From contig OY820579.1 in assembly GCA_963681965.1 (NCBI GenBank), positions 2,016,001 through 2,080,000 of the forward strand: DNA of 64,000 nt, written 5' to 3'. How positions within the stretch are numbered: the stretch's first letter is position 1; each line of letters starts with the position of its first letter. A program made the translations under genes and the position numbers. This document shows, piece after piece, positions 29,447 through 40,300 of the stretch. Under the pieces are notes generated by a model. That model was given only the letters and a program-made list of their open reading frames with translations. It made no database searches and was not told where the DNA came from. The stretch comes from a bacterium (GTDB lineage: Bacteria > Electryoneota > JAOADG01).

Positions 29447-30955
29447 TTACTTGACGATCACAGCTTTCCGCCATTCCGAATGATTGTCAATCGCGATGCG
29501 GAACAGAATCATCCCGCTGGCTTGACGCACATTGCGCCAGAGAATCGAGTTTGTACCGGTGTGTGCATTCGGTACGACAATATGATCGATTTCGCGCCCG
29601 GTGCAATCGTACACATACAGGTTTACTTGGGTTGAGTTTACCAGTGAATATCGAATTGTAGTAGCCGAGTTGAACGGATTCGGACTTGGTAATCCGACCG
29701 AATAACTGATCGGTATTACTGGATTGATATTGCTGTCCAATCCTGTAGGTTGCATGGTTGCTAGGGCCAATGCCGCCATCGAGTCGCTGAGCGCTGCCGA
29801 TTGATCGCCACTCAAAACGGTATTCAATCGGGGTTCGACGCAACGGATAATCGATCGCTCGGTTTCGAGTAACGATGTTGTCATCGAGGTTAATCGATGA
29901 GATTCGATCGATTGCGAAGTCGTCGTGAATTCTTGAAATCGTGATTTGGCGTAAGCGCACAACAGCGAAGATGTACTCTCGGTATCGGTTAAATAGGTTG
30001 ATACATGCGTTTGATTGACCCAAACCGGTACCGCGATTGTCGAAAATGGTTTACCAAGTAAAAACCACGCGACCGGTGGAATCCAACCTTGCGCCGTATG
30101 TTTCCCACCTTGAATGATCATCGCCGATGCAGTACTGGAGCGGCAAATCGTACTGGTAAATCGAATCGTAGATCCATCCGGTGGCAAGTAATTTAACGTG
30201 CTACTGCTATCCGTAGCGATGTCGCGAGTTACCGGAAAGAGAGAATCGAATCGGATCCGACCATTTTCAAGTAGCGACGAAAATAGACGATCGGCGCGGT
30301 TATGACGAAATCGACCGTAACTGACGACGTTCGTCTGATCTCCGCGATAACTGTAGTTTGCCCGAACGCCATATCGATCCTCGGCACGAACTGGAACTTC
30401 GTACCAAAACGATTTCGCAGTTTCAAAGACCGACATTTGACCGGTTGAATCGAATACGAAATAGTTTGCTGGCTGCGTTCGACCACCATAAAGTGTATTG
30501 GTCGTATCGAGCATGCTGCGGAATTCTGCGAGTGATGCGCAAGTCTTCAGAGCATTCGTTTGCAGCGTTCCATCGTCTTGGCGTCCTTGCGAGTTTCCTG
30601 CTCCAAGATTGTAGGAGTTGCTATTGGCAATTGCAAATCCGTGCTCATTTACACCGCCATATACCCGGTCGGTGTCGTTACCGTAACCGATGCCGACATA
30701 ACGGTAATTGCCGTTACCACCACCGAGGTGAACGACTTGATTAATATTGGTAACATCGCGGTTTTTCCAAAGGATTGGTCGATCGTCTGAGGTGTATTCG
30801 GCGCGAACCATACCCAAAGTACATTCACCAAACGGAGGCAGGGGATCGCCGCGAAGTAATAACAGCACACTCCAACACCCCACCAGAAGGATCAAGCGGG
30901 CATGTGAAAAAATACCGGAATGCTGGATTCGGCGTAACATGAGTACTACTCGCAT
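29447..30955 (-). CDS. Secreted Ntn-hydrolase (C45-like) with T9SS-type C-terminal domain
   Basis: E-CT, DRPILWKNRD, GGVNEHGFA, RANY; C-terminal PNPFNS..VYD..GR..ASG; start uncertain. Confidence 0.75.
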   Translation of the reverse strand: MRVVLMLRRIQHSGIFSHARLILLVGCWSVLLLLRGDPLPPFGECTLGMVRAEYTSDDRPILWKNRDVTNINQVVHLGGGNGNYRYVGIGYGNDTDRVYGGVNEHGFAIANSNSYNLGAGNSQGRQDDGTLQTNALKTCASLAEFRSMLDTTNTLYGGRTQPANYFVFDSTGQMSVFETAKSFWYEVPVRAEDRYGVRANYSYRGDQTNVVSYGRFRHNRADRLFSSLLENGRIRFDSLFPVTRDIATDSSSTLNYLPPDGSTIRFTSTICRSSTASAMIIQGGKHTAQGWIPPVAWFLLGKPFSTIAVPVWVNQTHVSTYLTDTESTSSLLCAYAKSRFQEFTTTSQSIESHRLTSMTTSLLETERSIIRCVEPRLNTVLSGDQSAALSDSMAALALATMQPTGLDSNINPVIPISYSVGLPSPNPFNSATTIRYSLVNSTQVNLYVYDCTGREIDHIVVPNAHTGTNSILWRNVRQASGMILFRIAIDNHSEWRKAVIVK

Positions 30956-31180
30956 AACTATTATATAATACGAATTTAGTTGCGATTCCGAAAGGAAGCG
31001 ATAGCGCGAGAAAAGAATATCATTTTAGATGTAACAATTATAGTGTATGTATAAACAATGATATGTGTATTGTGTATTGTTATCACTGAAGACCTACGAG
31101 TTTTGGTCTCCGAATTGACCGGTCTCCTACCCATCTGAACGGATTGTAACAATTTTATCAAACTATTTGTTAGACCATTT

Positions 31181-32476
31181 TCACAGCAGTGATACCGGAG
31201 ATTCCAGCGTTTTTTTCACTTCCTTTAGAAATTGTGCGCCGGTAGCGCCATCGATCACGCGGTGATCGCCACTCAAAGTGACCACCATTCGCTGCGAAAA
31301 CGAGATAGTACCGCTATTGGAAATTGGTACTTCCCGGATCGAACCAACCGCCAATATGGCTGCTTCCGGTGGATTCACGATCGCTGTAAAATGAATGACA
31401 TCGTACATCCCCAAATTCGAAATCGTGAACGTGCTGCCACTGAATTCTTCCGGTTGCAACTTGTGTTCGCGCGCCAAGTTTGATAGTCGTTTCGCTTCGG
31501 ATGCAATCTCGTGAAGCGACAAACTTCCTGCATTGCGAATCACTGGTGTGATCAATCCGTCGTCTAACGAGACGGCAATCGCAATGTCTTGAGTTTCGTG
31601 TAGCAATATTTTGTCACCGGCGTATGAAGCATTCACTCGAGGAAATTTCCGAAGTGCTTTCGCACATGCGCTGACGATAAAATCGTTAATCGATGGAACT
31701 ACTTCAGTACCGATCGACTTCCATTGCTGCCGAAGATCGACTACTCGATCCATTGCAATTTCCATCGCTACCGTAAACATCGGGGTTTGCCACCCTTCTG
31801 TCATTCGCCGGGCTATAGCCGAACGCATTTGCGAGAGTGGTTCGCTAGTTGCTGTGGATGGTTCGATCGATTTCGTTGCTGACGGTTCGGTAAGATTCTC
31901 TGTTGGTTTTGCAACAGTCGCAATGATGGGTAGCGGTGTTGGATTTTTTCCAGCAGCAGTTTCCACATCGACGCGAGTGATTCTTCCGTCCGGACCACTT
32001 CCCTGAATCTGACGCAAATCAATTGCCAGTTCCGCCGCCAATCGCAACGCAATTGGTGAAGCCAAGATCCGACCTGATTCTGGCGGTGTCGGTAAAGTAT
32101 TCTGCTTTTCCAATTGCTCAACTGGTTTCACTTCGACAGGTTTTATTACTTCGGGTACGGGTGCTGGTTTTAAAATTTCAATTACGACCGGTATCAGCTC
32201 CGGTTTAGCTGTCGGAGGTGTTGCGGGAATGGATTCGGTGGCTTCGCCTAGGACTGCTAGAATCGTGCCGATCGCAACTGCTTCACCGGCAGGAACCCGG
32301 ATTTCCAGCAGTATTCCTTCGTCGAATGCTTCGAATTCCATTGTCGCTTTATCGGATTCGATTTCCGCGAGTACATCGCCCGGTTGTACCCGATCGCCAA
32401 CCTTCTTATTCCACGATAACACTTTACCCGTGGTCATCGTATCCGACAAGCGCGGCATCGTCAAATTCATCGACAT
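31181..32476 (-). CDS. pdhC: Pyruvate dehydrogenase E2 dihydrolipoamide acetyltransferase
   Basis: Lipoyl domain ESDKA, E3-binding ASP.A..GSGPDGRI, catalytic DHRVIDG. Confidence 0.95.
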   Translation of the reverse strand: MSMNLTMPRLSDTMTTGKVLSWNKKVGDRVQPGDVLAEIESDKATMEFEAFDEGILLEIRVPAGEAVAIGTILAVLGEATESIPATPPTAKPELIPVVIEILKPAPVPEVIKPVEVKPVEQLEKQNTLPTPPESGRILASPIALRLAAELAIDLRQIQGSGPDGRITRVDVETAAGKNPTPLPIIATVAKPTENLTEPSATKSIEPSTATSEPLSQMRSAIARRMTEGWQTPMFTVAMEIAMDRVVDLRQQWKSIGTEVVPSINDFIVSACAKALRKFPRVNASYAGDKILLHETQDIAIAVSLDDGLITPVIRNAGSLSLHEIASEAKRLSNLAREHKLQPEEFSGSTFTISNLGMYDVIHFTAIVNPPEAAILAVGSIREVPISNSGTISFSQRMVVTLSGDHRVIDGATGAQFLKEVKKTLESPVSLL

Positions 32477-32501
32477 AGCAAATCCCTATCAAAACTCTTT
32501 A

Positions 32502-33482
32502 TTAGCGCAAATACATCACGCGTTGAACTGCTGCAATGACCTCTTCGGCTTGTGGCAGCGCCAAGTGTTCCAGATGCTTGTTATAAGGCATGGGAACATC
32601 TTTTCCGGTAATCCGCTCGATCGGTGCATCGAGATAATCGAAAACATTCTGTTGTACGCGAAATGCAATTTCGGTGCCGACGCTATTAAATGGCAATGCT
32701 TCTTCAACAATTACCAATCGATTGGTCTTACGCACCGAATCGAAAATCAATTGATCGTCAAGTGGTCGCAACGTTCGTGGGTCGATAATCTCCACAGCAA
32801 TACCCAGCTTCGCTAATTCGCTTCCCGCTGCCAGTGCAGTGTGCAACGCCTTGCCCCAAGCAACGATCGTACAATCGCTACCTGCCAATTTGATATCCCC
32901 TTTCCCGATGGGAACTAAGTGTTCGCCGTCGGGTACTTCCCCTTTGAAACCGTACAGCGTCTCGGCTTCGAGAAAGATCACGGTATCGTTGTCGCGAATA
33001 GCACTTTTTAGAAGACCCTTAAAGTCGGCGGGAGTTGCCGGAGCGATCACTTTCAAGCCGGGAAAGTGGCAGAAGATCGCTTCAAGCGATTGACTGTGTT
33101 GCGCACCGAGTTGATGCGCAGCACCATTCACACCGCGTATCGTCAGCGGCATTGAGAATTGTCCGCCCGACATGTAGCGCATTTTCGCGGCATTGTTGAT
33201 AATTTGATCGAGTGCGAGAATCGCGAAGTTGAATGTCATCATTTCAATCACCGGTCGCAGTCCGACTTGAGCCGAACCGACGCCGACTCCGGTGAATCCA
33301 AGTTCAGTAATGGGAGTATCGATTACCCGCATCGGTCCGAATTTGTCGATCAATCCCGTACTGATTTTGTATGCACCGTTGTAATATCCGACTTCTTCGC
33401 CCATCAGAAAGACATCGGGATCGCGTTCCATCTCTTCGACTAACGCTTGATTCAATGCTTCCCGGACAGTGAACTCAGCCAT
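32502..33482 (-). CDS. pdhB: Pyruvate dehydrogenase E1 beta subunit
   Basis: GEEVG.YNGAYK, DTPITE, AQHSQ; start at MAEF (33482). Confidence 0.96.
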   Translation of the reverse strand: MAEFTVREALNQALVEEMERDPDVFLMGEEVGYYNGAYKISTGLIDKFGPMRVIDTPITELGFTGVGVGSAQVGLRPVIEMMTFNFAILALDQIINNAAKMRYMSGGQFSMPLTIRGVNGAAHQLGAQHSQSLEAIFCHFPGLKVIAPATPADFKGLLKSAIRDNDTVIFLEAETLYGFKGEVPDGEHLVPIGKGDIKLAGSDCTIVAWGKALHTALAAGSELAKLGIAVEIIDPRTLRPLDDQLIFDSVRKTNRLVIVEEALPFNSVGTEIAFRVQQNVFDYLDAPIERITGKDVPMPYNKHLEHLALPQAEEVIAAVQRVMYLR

Positions 33483-34455
33483 GCTGCACCTCCGAGTAAA
33501 TATCGGTATACAGTTCGGAATCGGCGGGTTCCGGCGATTCCGTCGCAAATCGGTCGGCTTCCGTTACGATCAACTTCACTTCCGCTTCGATCTGTTTCTC
33601 GATGGTTTCGTCATACAATTCCAATTCTTGCATTTTCGTACGCAATTTGAGAATCGGATCTTGATGTTTCTGTTCTTCGACTTCATCCTTCGTGCGATAA
33701 TGTCCGTGAATCGGATCCGACATCGAATGTCCGCGGAAACGGTAAGTATGCGCTTCGATCAGAGTGGGGAGGCTGCGTCCACGCGCGCGTGCGACGGCTT
33801 CACTAACTGCATTGTATACTTCGAATACATCCATACCGTCGATGTGTGAGCGCTCCATATCGTAGGCATACGCTTTTTGAGATAAATCGTAAACGGAAGA
33901 TGCGCGCTCTACCGGTGTGCCCATCCCGAATCGGTTGTTCTCGCAGATATAGATAACCGGAAGATGCCAGATCGATGCCAAATTCAGCGATTCGTGGAAC
34001 GCTCCCTGATTGATTGCCCCTTCACCAAAAAAACAGAGTACCACATCGTCGCGCTTGCGATACTTGATCGACCAACCGACTCCGGTTGCTACCGGAATTT
34101 GTCCTCCGACGATGCCGTTCCCACCGAGGAACCGTTTGTCCGCGGAGAACATGTGCATCGAGCCCCCTTTGCCCTTCGAGCAGCCAGTGCTTTTACCGTA
34201 TAACTCAGCCAATACTTCGTTGCAACTCATCCCTTTGGCGATGGCATGTCCGTGGTCGCGGTATGCAGTGAGTACATAATCGGACTCGCGCAATGCATCA
34301 ATGGCACCTACGGCGCAAGCTTCTTGACCGATATAAAGATGGCAAAATCCACCGATTTTGCCTTGTTGATAACTTTGCGCGGTTCGCTCTTCGAAGCGGC
34401 GTATCAATAACATTTCCCGCAGGAATTTATACGCCAATTCGCGATCGATAGTCAT
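33475..34455 (-). CDS. pdhA: Pyruvate dehydrogenase E1 alpha subunit
   Basis: GFCHLYIGQEA, GKGGSMH, ThDP motif GEG...ENN, YRFRGHSMSDP. Confidence 0.96.
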   Translation of the reverse strand: MTIDRELAYKFLREMLLIRRFEERTAQSYQQGKIGGFCHLYIGQEACAVGAIDALRESDYVLTAYRDHGHAIAKGMSCNEVLAELYGKSTGCSKGKGGSMHMFSADKRFLGGNGIVGGQIPVATGVGWSIKYRKRDDVVLCFFGEGAINQGAFHESLNLASIWHLPVIYICENNRFGMGTPVERASSVYDLSQKAYAYDMERSHIDGMDVFEVYNAVSEAVARARGRSLPTLIEAHTYRFRGHSMSDPIHGHYRTKDEVEEQKHQDPILKLRTKMQELELYDETIEKQIEAEVKLIVTEADRFATESPEPADSELYTDIYSEVQHG

Positions 34456-34467
34456 TTGATTTCCTCG

Positions 34468-35100
34468 TTATGTGTCAAATATCATCAATGCAACCCGTTT
34501 TGGACCGTGAACCCCTTTTACTAGCACTTTCTCGATATCGGCAGTGCGCGACGGTCCGCTAATCCAGACCCAGCCGTGCGGTGCTTGTGTCGCTAGTCGC
34601 GTCAATGCGTCGTCGATCTTCGCTACGATCCGGGATTTGGTTGTCATAAATAATACGTTCGGCGGCAGCAAAGAGAGAGCGCGAGGACGTCCCGGTCGGC
34701 TGGAAACCGCAATCGATCCTGTTTCGCCGATACACAATTCGCAGCCCGAGATCGCTACTTCGCATTGTGAAATAGTATTTCGATCGAAGTGATCGCCGAG
34801 AATCAGTTCCGGAAAACGATTGTTCCAGTCACCTTTGCAATCGTCTTCTTCGGCAATCCAGACCGATTTCGCACCGAATTCATGCTGGATAAATTCGGCA
34901 ATGACTTTGCTTCGCTCGATTGGATCGGCTACGGGAGGTAGTAAAATACCGTCGTTCCGCTTCCACTCTGCCAGAAATCGTGTCAGCGGATCATCGATAG
35001 CTGCTCCCCAGGATTCTAGCGCCGGCATTGTTGCCTTATGATCGGTTGATCGCAATGTCGTGCGGATTGAACTCAAAATATCTGTTCGTGAATCGTTCAT
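34468..35100 (-). CDS. lutC: Lactate utilization protein C (LUD domain)
   Basis: ETGS, SLLP, ISGPSRTADIE..LVKGVHGP. Confidence 0.9.
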   Translation of the reverse strand: MNDSRTDILSSIRTTLRSTDHKATMPALESWGAAIDDPLTRFLAEWKRNDGILLPPVADPIERSKVIAEFIQHEFGAKSVWIAEEDDCKGDWNNRFPELILGDHFDRNTISQCEVAISGCELCIGETGSIAVSSRPGRPRALSLLPPNVLFMTTKSRIVAKIDDALTRLATQAPHGWVWISGPSRTADIEKVLVKGVHGPKRVALMIFDT

Positions 35101-35132
35101 GTCACTTCTCTATGATAATCGATCGTAAAAAA

Positions 35133-36527
35133 TTACTTACCGCGTTCTTTCCGCCATCGTTCCCTAAAGCTGGTGCTGGCGCCACTAAGAGGTTTGCGTA
35201 ACGGAGTCCAGCCAGGCAGATAGGAATTCATTTTGAGCTGCGATGCGAACTTGAATAATTTACCGGCACGTTCAAATAAATCGGGATGAATGACGGTGTT
35301 GGCAAATGCAGCGAAACCCATCCGTTCGACAATCGGTCGCATTCGTTCCCGGTCGGAGATCCGCATTCGCAATGTCAATAAATGCTCAGTCAGTGGCACT
35401 TTTACCGGACAGATCTCGACACACGCGCCACACAACGATGATGCGAACGGCAACGATTTGGTCGTTTCCATCCCTTTGAACTGCGGGGTTAGCACTGCAC
35501 CGATCGGACCCATATACGCCGATCCGTATGCATGACCACCGGCGCGTTGATATACCGGGCAGACATTCAAACAGGCACCACAGCGAATGCACAATAGCGA
35601 TTCTTTCAATTCTCGATCGGCAAGAATCTTCGTTCGTCCATTATCGAGCAAAATCAGGTGCATCGTTTCCGGTCCATCGGATTCATTCGCTTGTCGAGGA
35701 TGACTGACGAAATTGGTATAGACTGAGATCCGTTGTCCGGTAGCACTTCGCGCCAGCATCCGGATCAACGTCCCGATTTGTACTTCTTGTGCAATAACTT
35801 TTTCAATGCCGCAAATTGCGATATGCAATTTCGGATATGCCGTGCAGAATCGCGCATTCCCTTCATTCTCGACGACCACCAGCCGTCCGGTGTCAGCCGC
35901 GGCGAAGTTGACCCCACTAATTCCCGCATCGGCTTGCAAGAATTTTTCGCGAAGGATATCACGCGCCATCTTAGTTAGCGTTTCAGGATCTTCGATATAC
36001 GGTAACTTCAAATTATCTTCGAAAATCTTCCCGATCTGCTGCCGCGAGAGATGAAGTGCCGGAGCAGTGATGTGCGAAGGTGGCTTCCCTTCCAACTGCA
36101 CGATATATTCACCAAGATCGGTTTCCACAGTTTCAATCTGGTGTGCTTCGAGATAGGGATTTAACTCGATCTCTTCCGTCGTCATCGATTTCGATTTGAC
36201 TACTTTTCGGACGCCATTTTCTTGAAGCAACTTCAGAACTAGTTGTTTCGCTTCTTCGGCATCGCGCGCGAAATGCACTGCGACCCCATTTTTTTTACAA
36301 CTGGCTTCCAGTTGTTCCAGCAGTTCATCAAGATGATCGAGTGAATATCGACGGATCTGATTCGCACAATCGCGCATCCGTTCCCATTCCGGGAAATCGG
36401 GAACGACACTGTCGCGTAACGAGAGCGAATGCCATGTCGCTTTCTTCAGAACTTTCTGGAGGTACTCGTTTGCTACTGCGGCTTTGGCTGCTTCTGGAAA
36501 CCGTTCAGGGTGAAAGTGATCGCTCAT
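35133..36527 (-). CDS. lutB: Lactate utilization Fe-S protein B
   Basis: KSKSMTTEEI, ETDLGEYI, CIRCGACLNVCPVY, SSLCGAC. Confidence 0.95.
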   Translation of the reverse strand: MSDHFHPERFPEAAKAAVANEYLQKVLKKATWHSLSLRDSVVPDFPEWERMRDCANQIRRYSLDHLDELLEQLEASCKKNGVAVHFARDAEEAKQLVLKLLQENGVRKVVKSKSMTTEEIELNPYLEAHQIETVETDLGEYIVQLEGKPPSHITAPALHLSRQQIGKIFEDNLKLPYIEDPETLTKMARDILREKFLQADAGISGVNFAAADTGRLVVVENEGNARFCTAYPKLHIAICGIEKVIAQEVQIGTLIRMLARSATGQRISVYTNFVSHPRQANESDGPETMHLILLDNGRTKILADRELKESLLCIRCGACLNVCPVYQRAGGHAYGSAYMGPIGAVLTPQFKGMETTKSLPFASSLCGACVEICPVKVPLTEHLLTLRMRISDRERMRPIVERMGFAAFANTVIHPDLFERAGKLFKFASQLKMNSYLPGWTPLRKPLSGASTSFRERWRKERGK

Positions 36528-37255
36528 CGTATCGCCCCCGATCCCGCCATCACTTCGGCGATCGATAGAAATCCCAGATCAATCTTGCGTTGTTCGGCAC
36601 GCGTTTTCATGTGCATCAAGCACGAAACGTCGCCGGCAACAATCGCATCGACACCTTTATCCACTGCTTGTTGTAATTTCGCATCTGCCATCGATACCGA
36701 TATCTCCGGATACTTGATCGAGAAAGTGCCGCCAAACCCGCAACAGGCACTCCGGTCTTCAGTCGGAACAACCGTCAGTCCTGAAATACCGGTTAAAATA
36801 TGTTCGGCATAATCGCTGACTTTTAATTCACGGAGTCCGTGACACGAGCGGTGCAGCAAAATCTTGCCCGAGCGTGATTGCAATACTTTCGGGTTGCCGA
36901 GTTTCTCGCACCAGAATTGCGTGAATTCGAATGTTCGCTTCCGAAGATTTTCCCAACGCGATCGATCAAGATCGGAGATCGGTAATGTCTCGAAATGATT
37001 GACGATCATCGATCCGCATGAACCCGAGGGAATGACAACTGGAAGATTGTCCTCAGATAGGATTGCCAGAAGATGTGTTGCGATCTTGGCAGATTCGGTA
37101 TGATAACCTGAATTGAATGCCGGTTGACCACAACAAGTCGCGCGTTGATCGAATCGCACGATGCATCCGGCACGCTCTAGCAAATCGACACAAGCCCAAC
37201 CCGCTTCCGGAAAGAGCAAATCGATGAAACATGGGATGAAGAGTTTTACTTCCAT
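36524..37255 (-). CDS. lutA: Lactate utilization protein A (CCG domains)
   Basis: CCGQPAFNSG, SGSC, SCH, CCGFGGTFS; start at MEVK (37255). Confidence 0.93.
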   Translation of the reverse strand: MEVKLFIPCFIDLLFPEAGWACVDLLERAGCIVRFDQRATCCGQPAFNSGYHTESAKIATHLLAILSEDNLPVVIPSGSCGSMIVNHFETLPISDLDRSRWENLRKRTFEFTQFWCEKLGNPKVLQSRSGKILLHRSCHGLRELKVSDYAEHILTGISGLTVVPTEDRSACCGFGGTFSIKYPEISVSMADAKLQQAVDKGVDAIVAGDVSCLMHMKTRAEQRKIDLGFLSIAEVMAGSGAIR

Positions 37256-37275
37256 TGAGCAAATCCAAATTATTC

Positions 37276-37300
37276 GAAAGGGGCGTTCTGCGCCCCTTTC
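37276..37300. terminator. Hairpin between NYN gene and lutA
   Basis: GAAAGGGGCG-TTCTG-CGCCCCTTTC. Confidence 0.5.
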
Positions 37301-37312
37301 TTTATTCATCAA

Positions 37313-40300
37313 TTAGCCGATTATTGGTTCAATAAATTGAAAATCGCTTCCGACTGCCGCACGCAATGCCAGCGATGCGCTTCCGTTTACCGCCAACACC
37401 CGTACTCGTTTACCCTGTGTCTTCAACGAACGTACCAGCATCGCGAAGTCGCCATCACCGGTTACCAGAATTACGGTTTCGACATTAGGATACTCGCGCA
37501 GCAGCCTGCTGCTTTCTAGATAAATCATAAAGTCGGCGCTATTTTCCTTCGTTCCTTCCGGCAGTAATGTATAGAATCCAGCTTGTTGGTACGGTCGCAT
37601 GTGACTAATGAACGGTTCGGCATCCCAATTGGCAATCGCAATCGGATAAAACAGAATCCGATGATCTTTTCGAACCCAATTGAGAATCTGATCGGCGATA
37701 CCACCAACACGAATACCATCCCGATCATTCCAAGTTCGACCGGCGCGAAGTGCCTCGTCCTTCAATCCCAGAAAGAGATTTTCATGGTCGATTAAGATAA
37801 CTGTTGTCGATTTGTTGCGGTCTTCGGCTGTCGTTCCGAGTAGGTTGGCACCGTAAGCGAGTTTCGGTTGATACAACGGTGTAACGACTCGGATCTCGTT
37901 ATTCTTACCGGAGACCAATCCGATTTCTCGCAGATACATCAGATCGGGATCGTTGTCGAGTATTCGCGAGCCTTGCGAAATCGAATCGAGAATCGTGCGC
38001 GCCGGTTGTTGCGAAGGCATTTGTAAATCTGCCCACCGCCGAAATAGAATCGTCGATGAAGCGACCCAATTACCCGCAGTAATCAAATTCGATGCGAGAA
38101 TTCGTTGTTGCTGGACGTTGTTGACATCCTTGATTGCTTCCTGTAACAAGGCAACGAACAGTTCGTACACGCCACCACACAGTGTTTGAAGAGTTTGAAC
38201 CGCCTGCTCGCTGATTCCGGAGCGATCCTCAAACCAGTAATTCATCAGTGAAATCATCTGATCATCATTCAATACCGATACCCGGAGGATCTGCAGACTT
38301 CGCCAGAAAGTATGCTGCAAATGACGACGCAAATGAAACAGATCGCCCGTACAAACGATCCAGATCAGATCGGGCAATTCAATCAACTTCTGAAGTACAT
38401 CGAGGAAATTCGCTAATTGCTTACTCTGATCGGCGGTTGAAATGACCCAACCATCTGCAAAATTCGAGAGCACAATTGCTTGTTTTGCACGAGCATTGAT
38501 TGTCGAGCGCAAGCTATCGATACTTTTGGTTAAATCGGCAATCGATGACCCATTCATCGTGAATGTGGGATAGCATTTGGTGAGGATTTGTGTGGTCCAC
38601 TTGACGATTCTTTCTTCCTCGAAATTGCCATCTGGAGCAGAAACGATATGCACCTGACAGTTGACATGCTCCCCTTCTGCAGCGATTTGTCCGGCAATCT
38701 GCGCCACTCCGAATCCATTCGGTGCTTCCAGTGCAATCACTTCGCCCGGTAAATTTGTTGCAAGGTGACGACGCAACCGATTCTGAATTTCCGGATATAA
38801 TTCGAGTAGATTGACACCGCTTAGATGATCGCGCGGTGTATAGCTGCGGTCGGTTCGGTAGAGCTTCACCGACTGTTCAATGATCCCGTCCTGCGACCGT
38901 AGAATCACCGATGAGGGGAGGGTACCGTCGTGACTCATCCATCGCACTGCCAATTCTCGACGTAAAGCATCTTGTCGATTGTGCGGCAATACCGTTAATT
39001 CACCGCTCCAGTCCGAACTCGGATACACATTCCAAGTGGTATGCGTGGGATATGGTTCCGAAAATTCGAATCCGATCAATCCGGTGGAAGCATTTGGTGA
39101 AATAAATTCTTCACCTTCGTTTTCGATCGAATCGATTCGTTCGGTCGTCAATTCCTGTAGCGGAGCTGAATTCGGTTCAAATGCCAGCATCGCGCGACGA
39201 TAACGGAGAAGCTTCGCTTCCGGCATTCCCGAGTTCTGTGCACCATCGATACCCGGTTTCAATGAATCGTACAATTGGTTCCGGAAACAGAATTCCAGAT
39301 AGTAATGCCAATTATCGAGCTTCGATTTTCGCGGCGCTTTACTGTTCGATGTCGCCTCGGCTTTGCGTAAAAATGCATCCTTCGCATCGACAATATTGCC
39401 GGACATTTCATGCAATTTACCGAGGTAATGCCAATTCGCCCAGAACCACGGATATCGCTCGGTACGGGTCTTGAAATGCTCGATACCAAGTTCCAGCAAT
39501 CCTTCGGTTTGGAAGTATGCAAAATCTTTTTCGAGTCGGGCTATCGGCACTAACGCGTCGTTTGGGTCGGAGAGATCGCTCCCTTTTCTTCCGATTGCTA
39601 TCGCGGCGTTGTCGATCAGTTTACGGAGCAGATATTGACGGGTGTCTTCGTCGCTATGACGAAATGCCAGCATCACACCGACTGGTAACCATTCGATCGT
39701 TTCCAGTTGCGCGATTCGTTGCGGAATGATGTCGTACTGCTCTAACTGAAGCAATAGTCCCAGAACCGCACCGACATACGGGCGACGATGTAAATTCCGG
39801 TCAAACAATTCTTGCGAACAGAGTAAGTCGGATGCTTCTTGTAATCGTTTTGTGCGAACGTAGATTCCAGCCAGATTGGTGATGGTGGCAAAGTCCTGAC
39901 GGCGTGCCGTAATGATTTGTTGCAACAGTCGTTCAGCTGAGCTGTAGTCGCCGGTTAATATCAATGAGTAGGCATACCACTCTTTTACACCCAAATCGCC
40001 GGGAGCTAAATCAAAAGTAGCGCGAAACATATCGACCGATTTACCGAGTGAATCTTCATCGAATAAACTCTGTTGAGCATCACGGAACATTTCGATTGCT
40101 TCGCGATCTCCTTCGCGCAACGTCTTCAGCGGACGCCACCACTCCAACCACCGTTCCAGCGAGTTGATTAGTCGCGATTGCAGTTGATCCGATACTTCAC
40201 CGATCGTGTTGAAAACCGTATCGTCAGGAACATTCAACGTCCAGTCGGCAATCACTGCCGATACTTCCGGTTCAAATAAATCGATCCACTCTGCTTCCAC

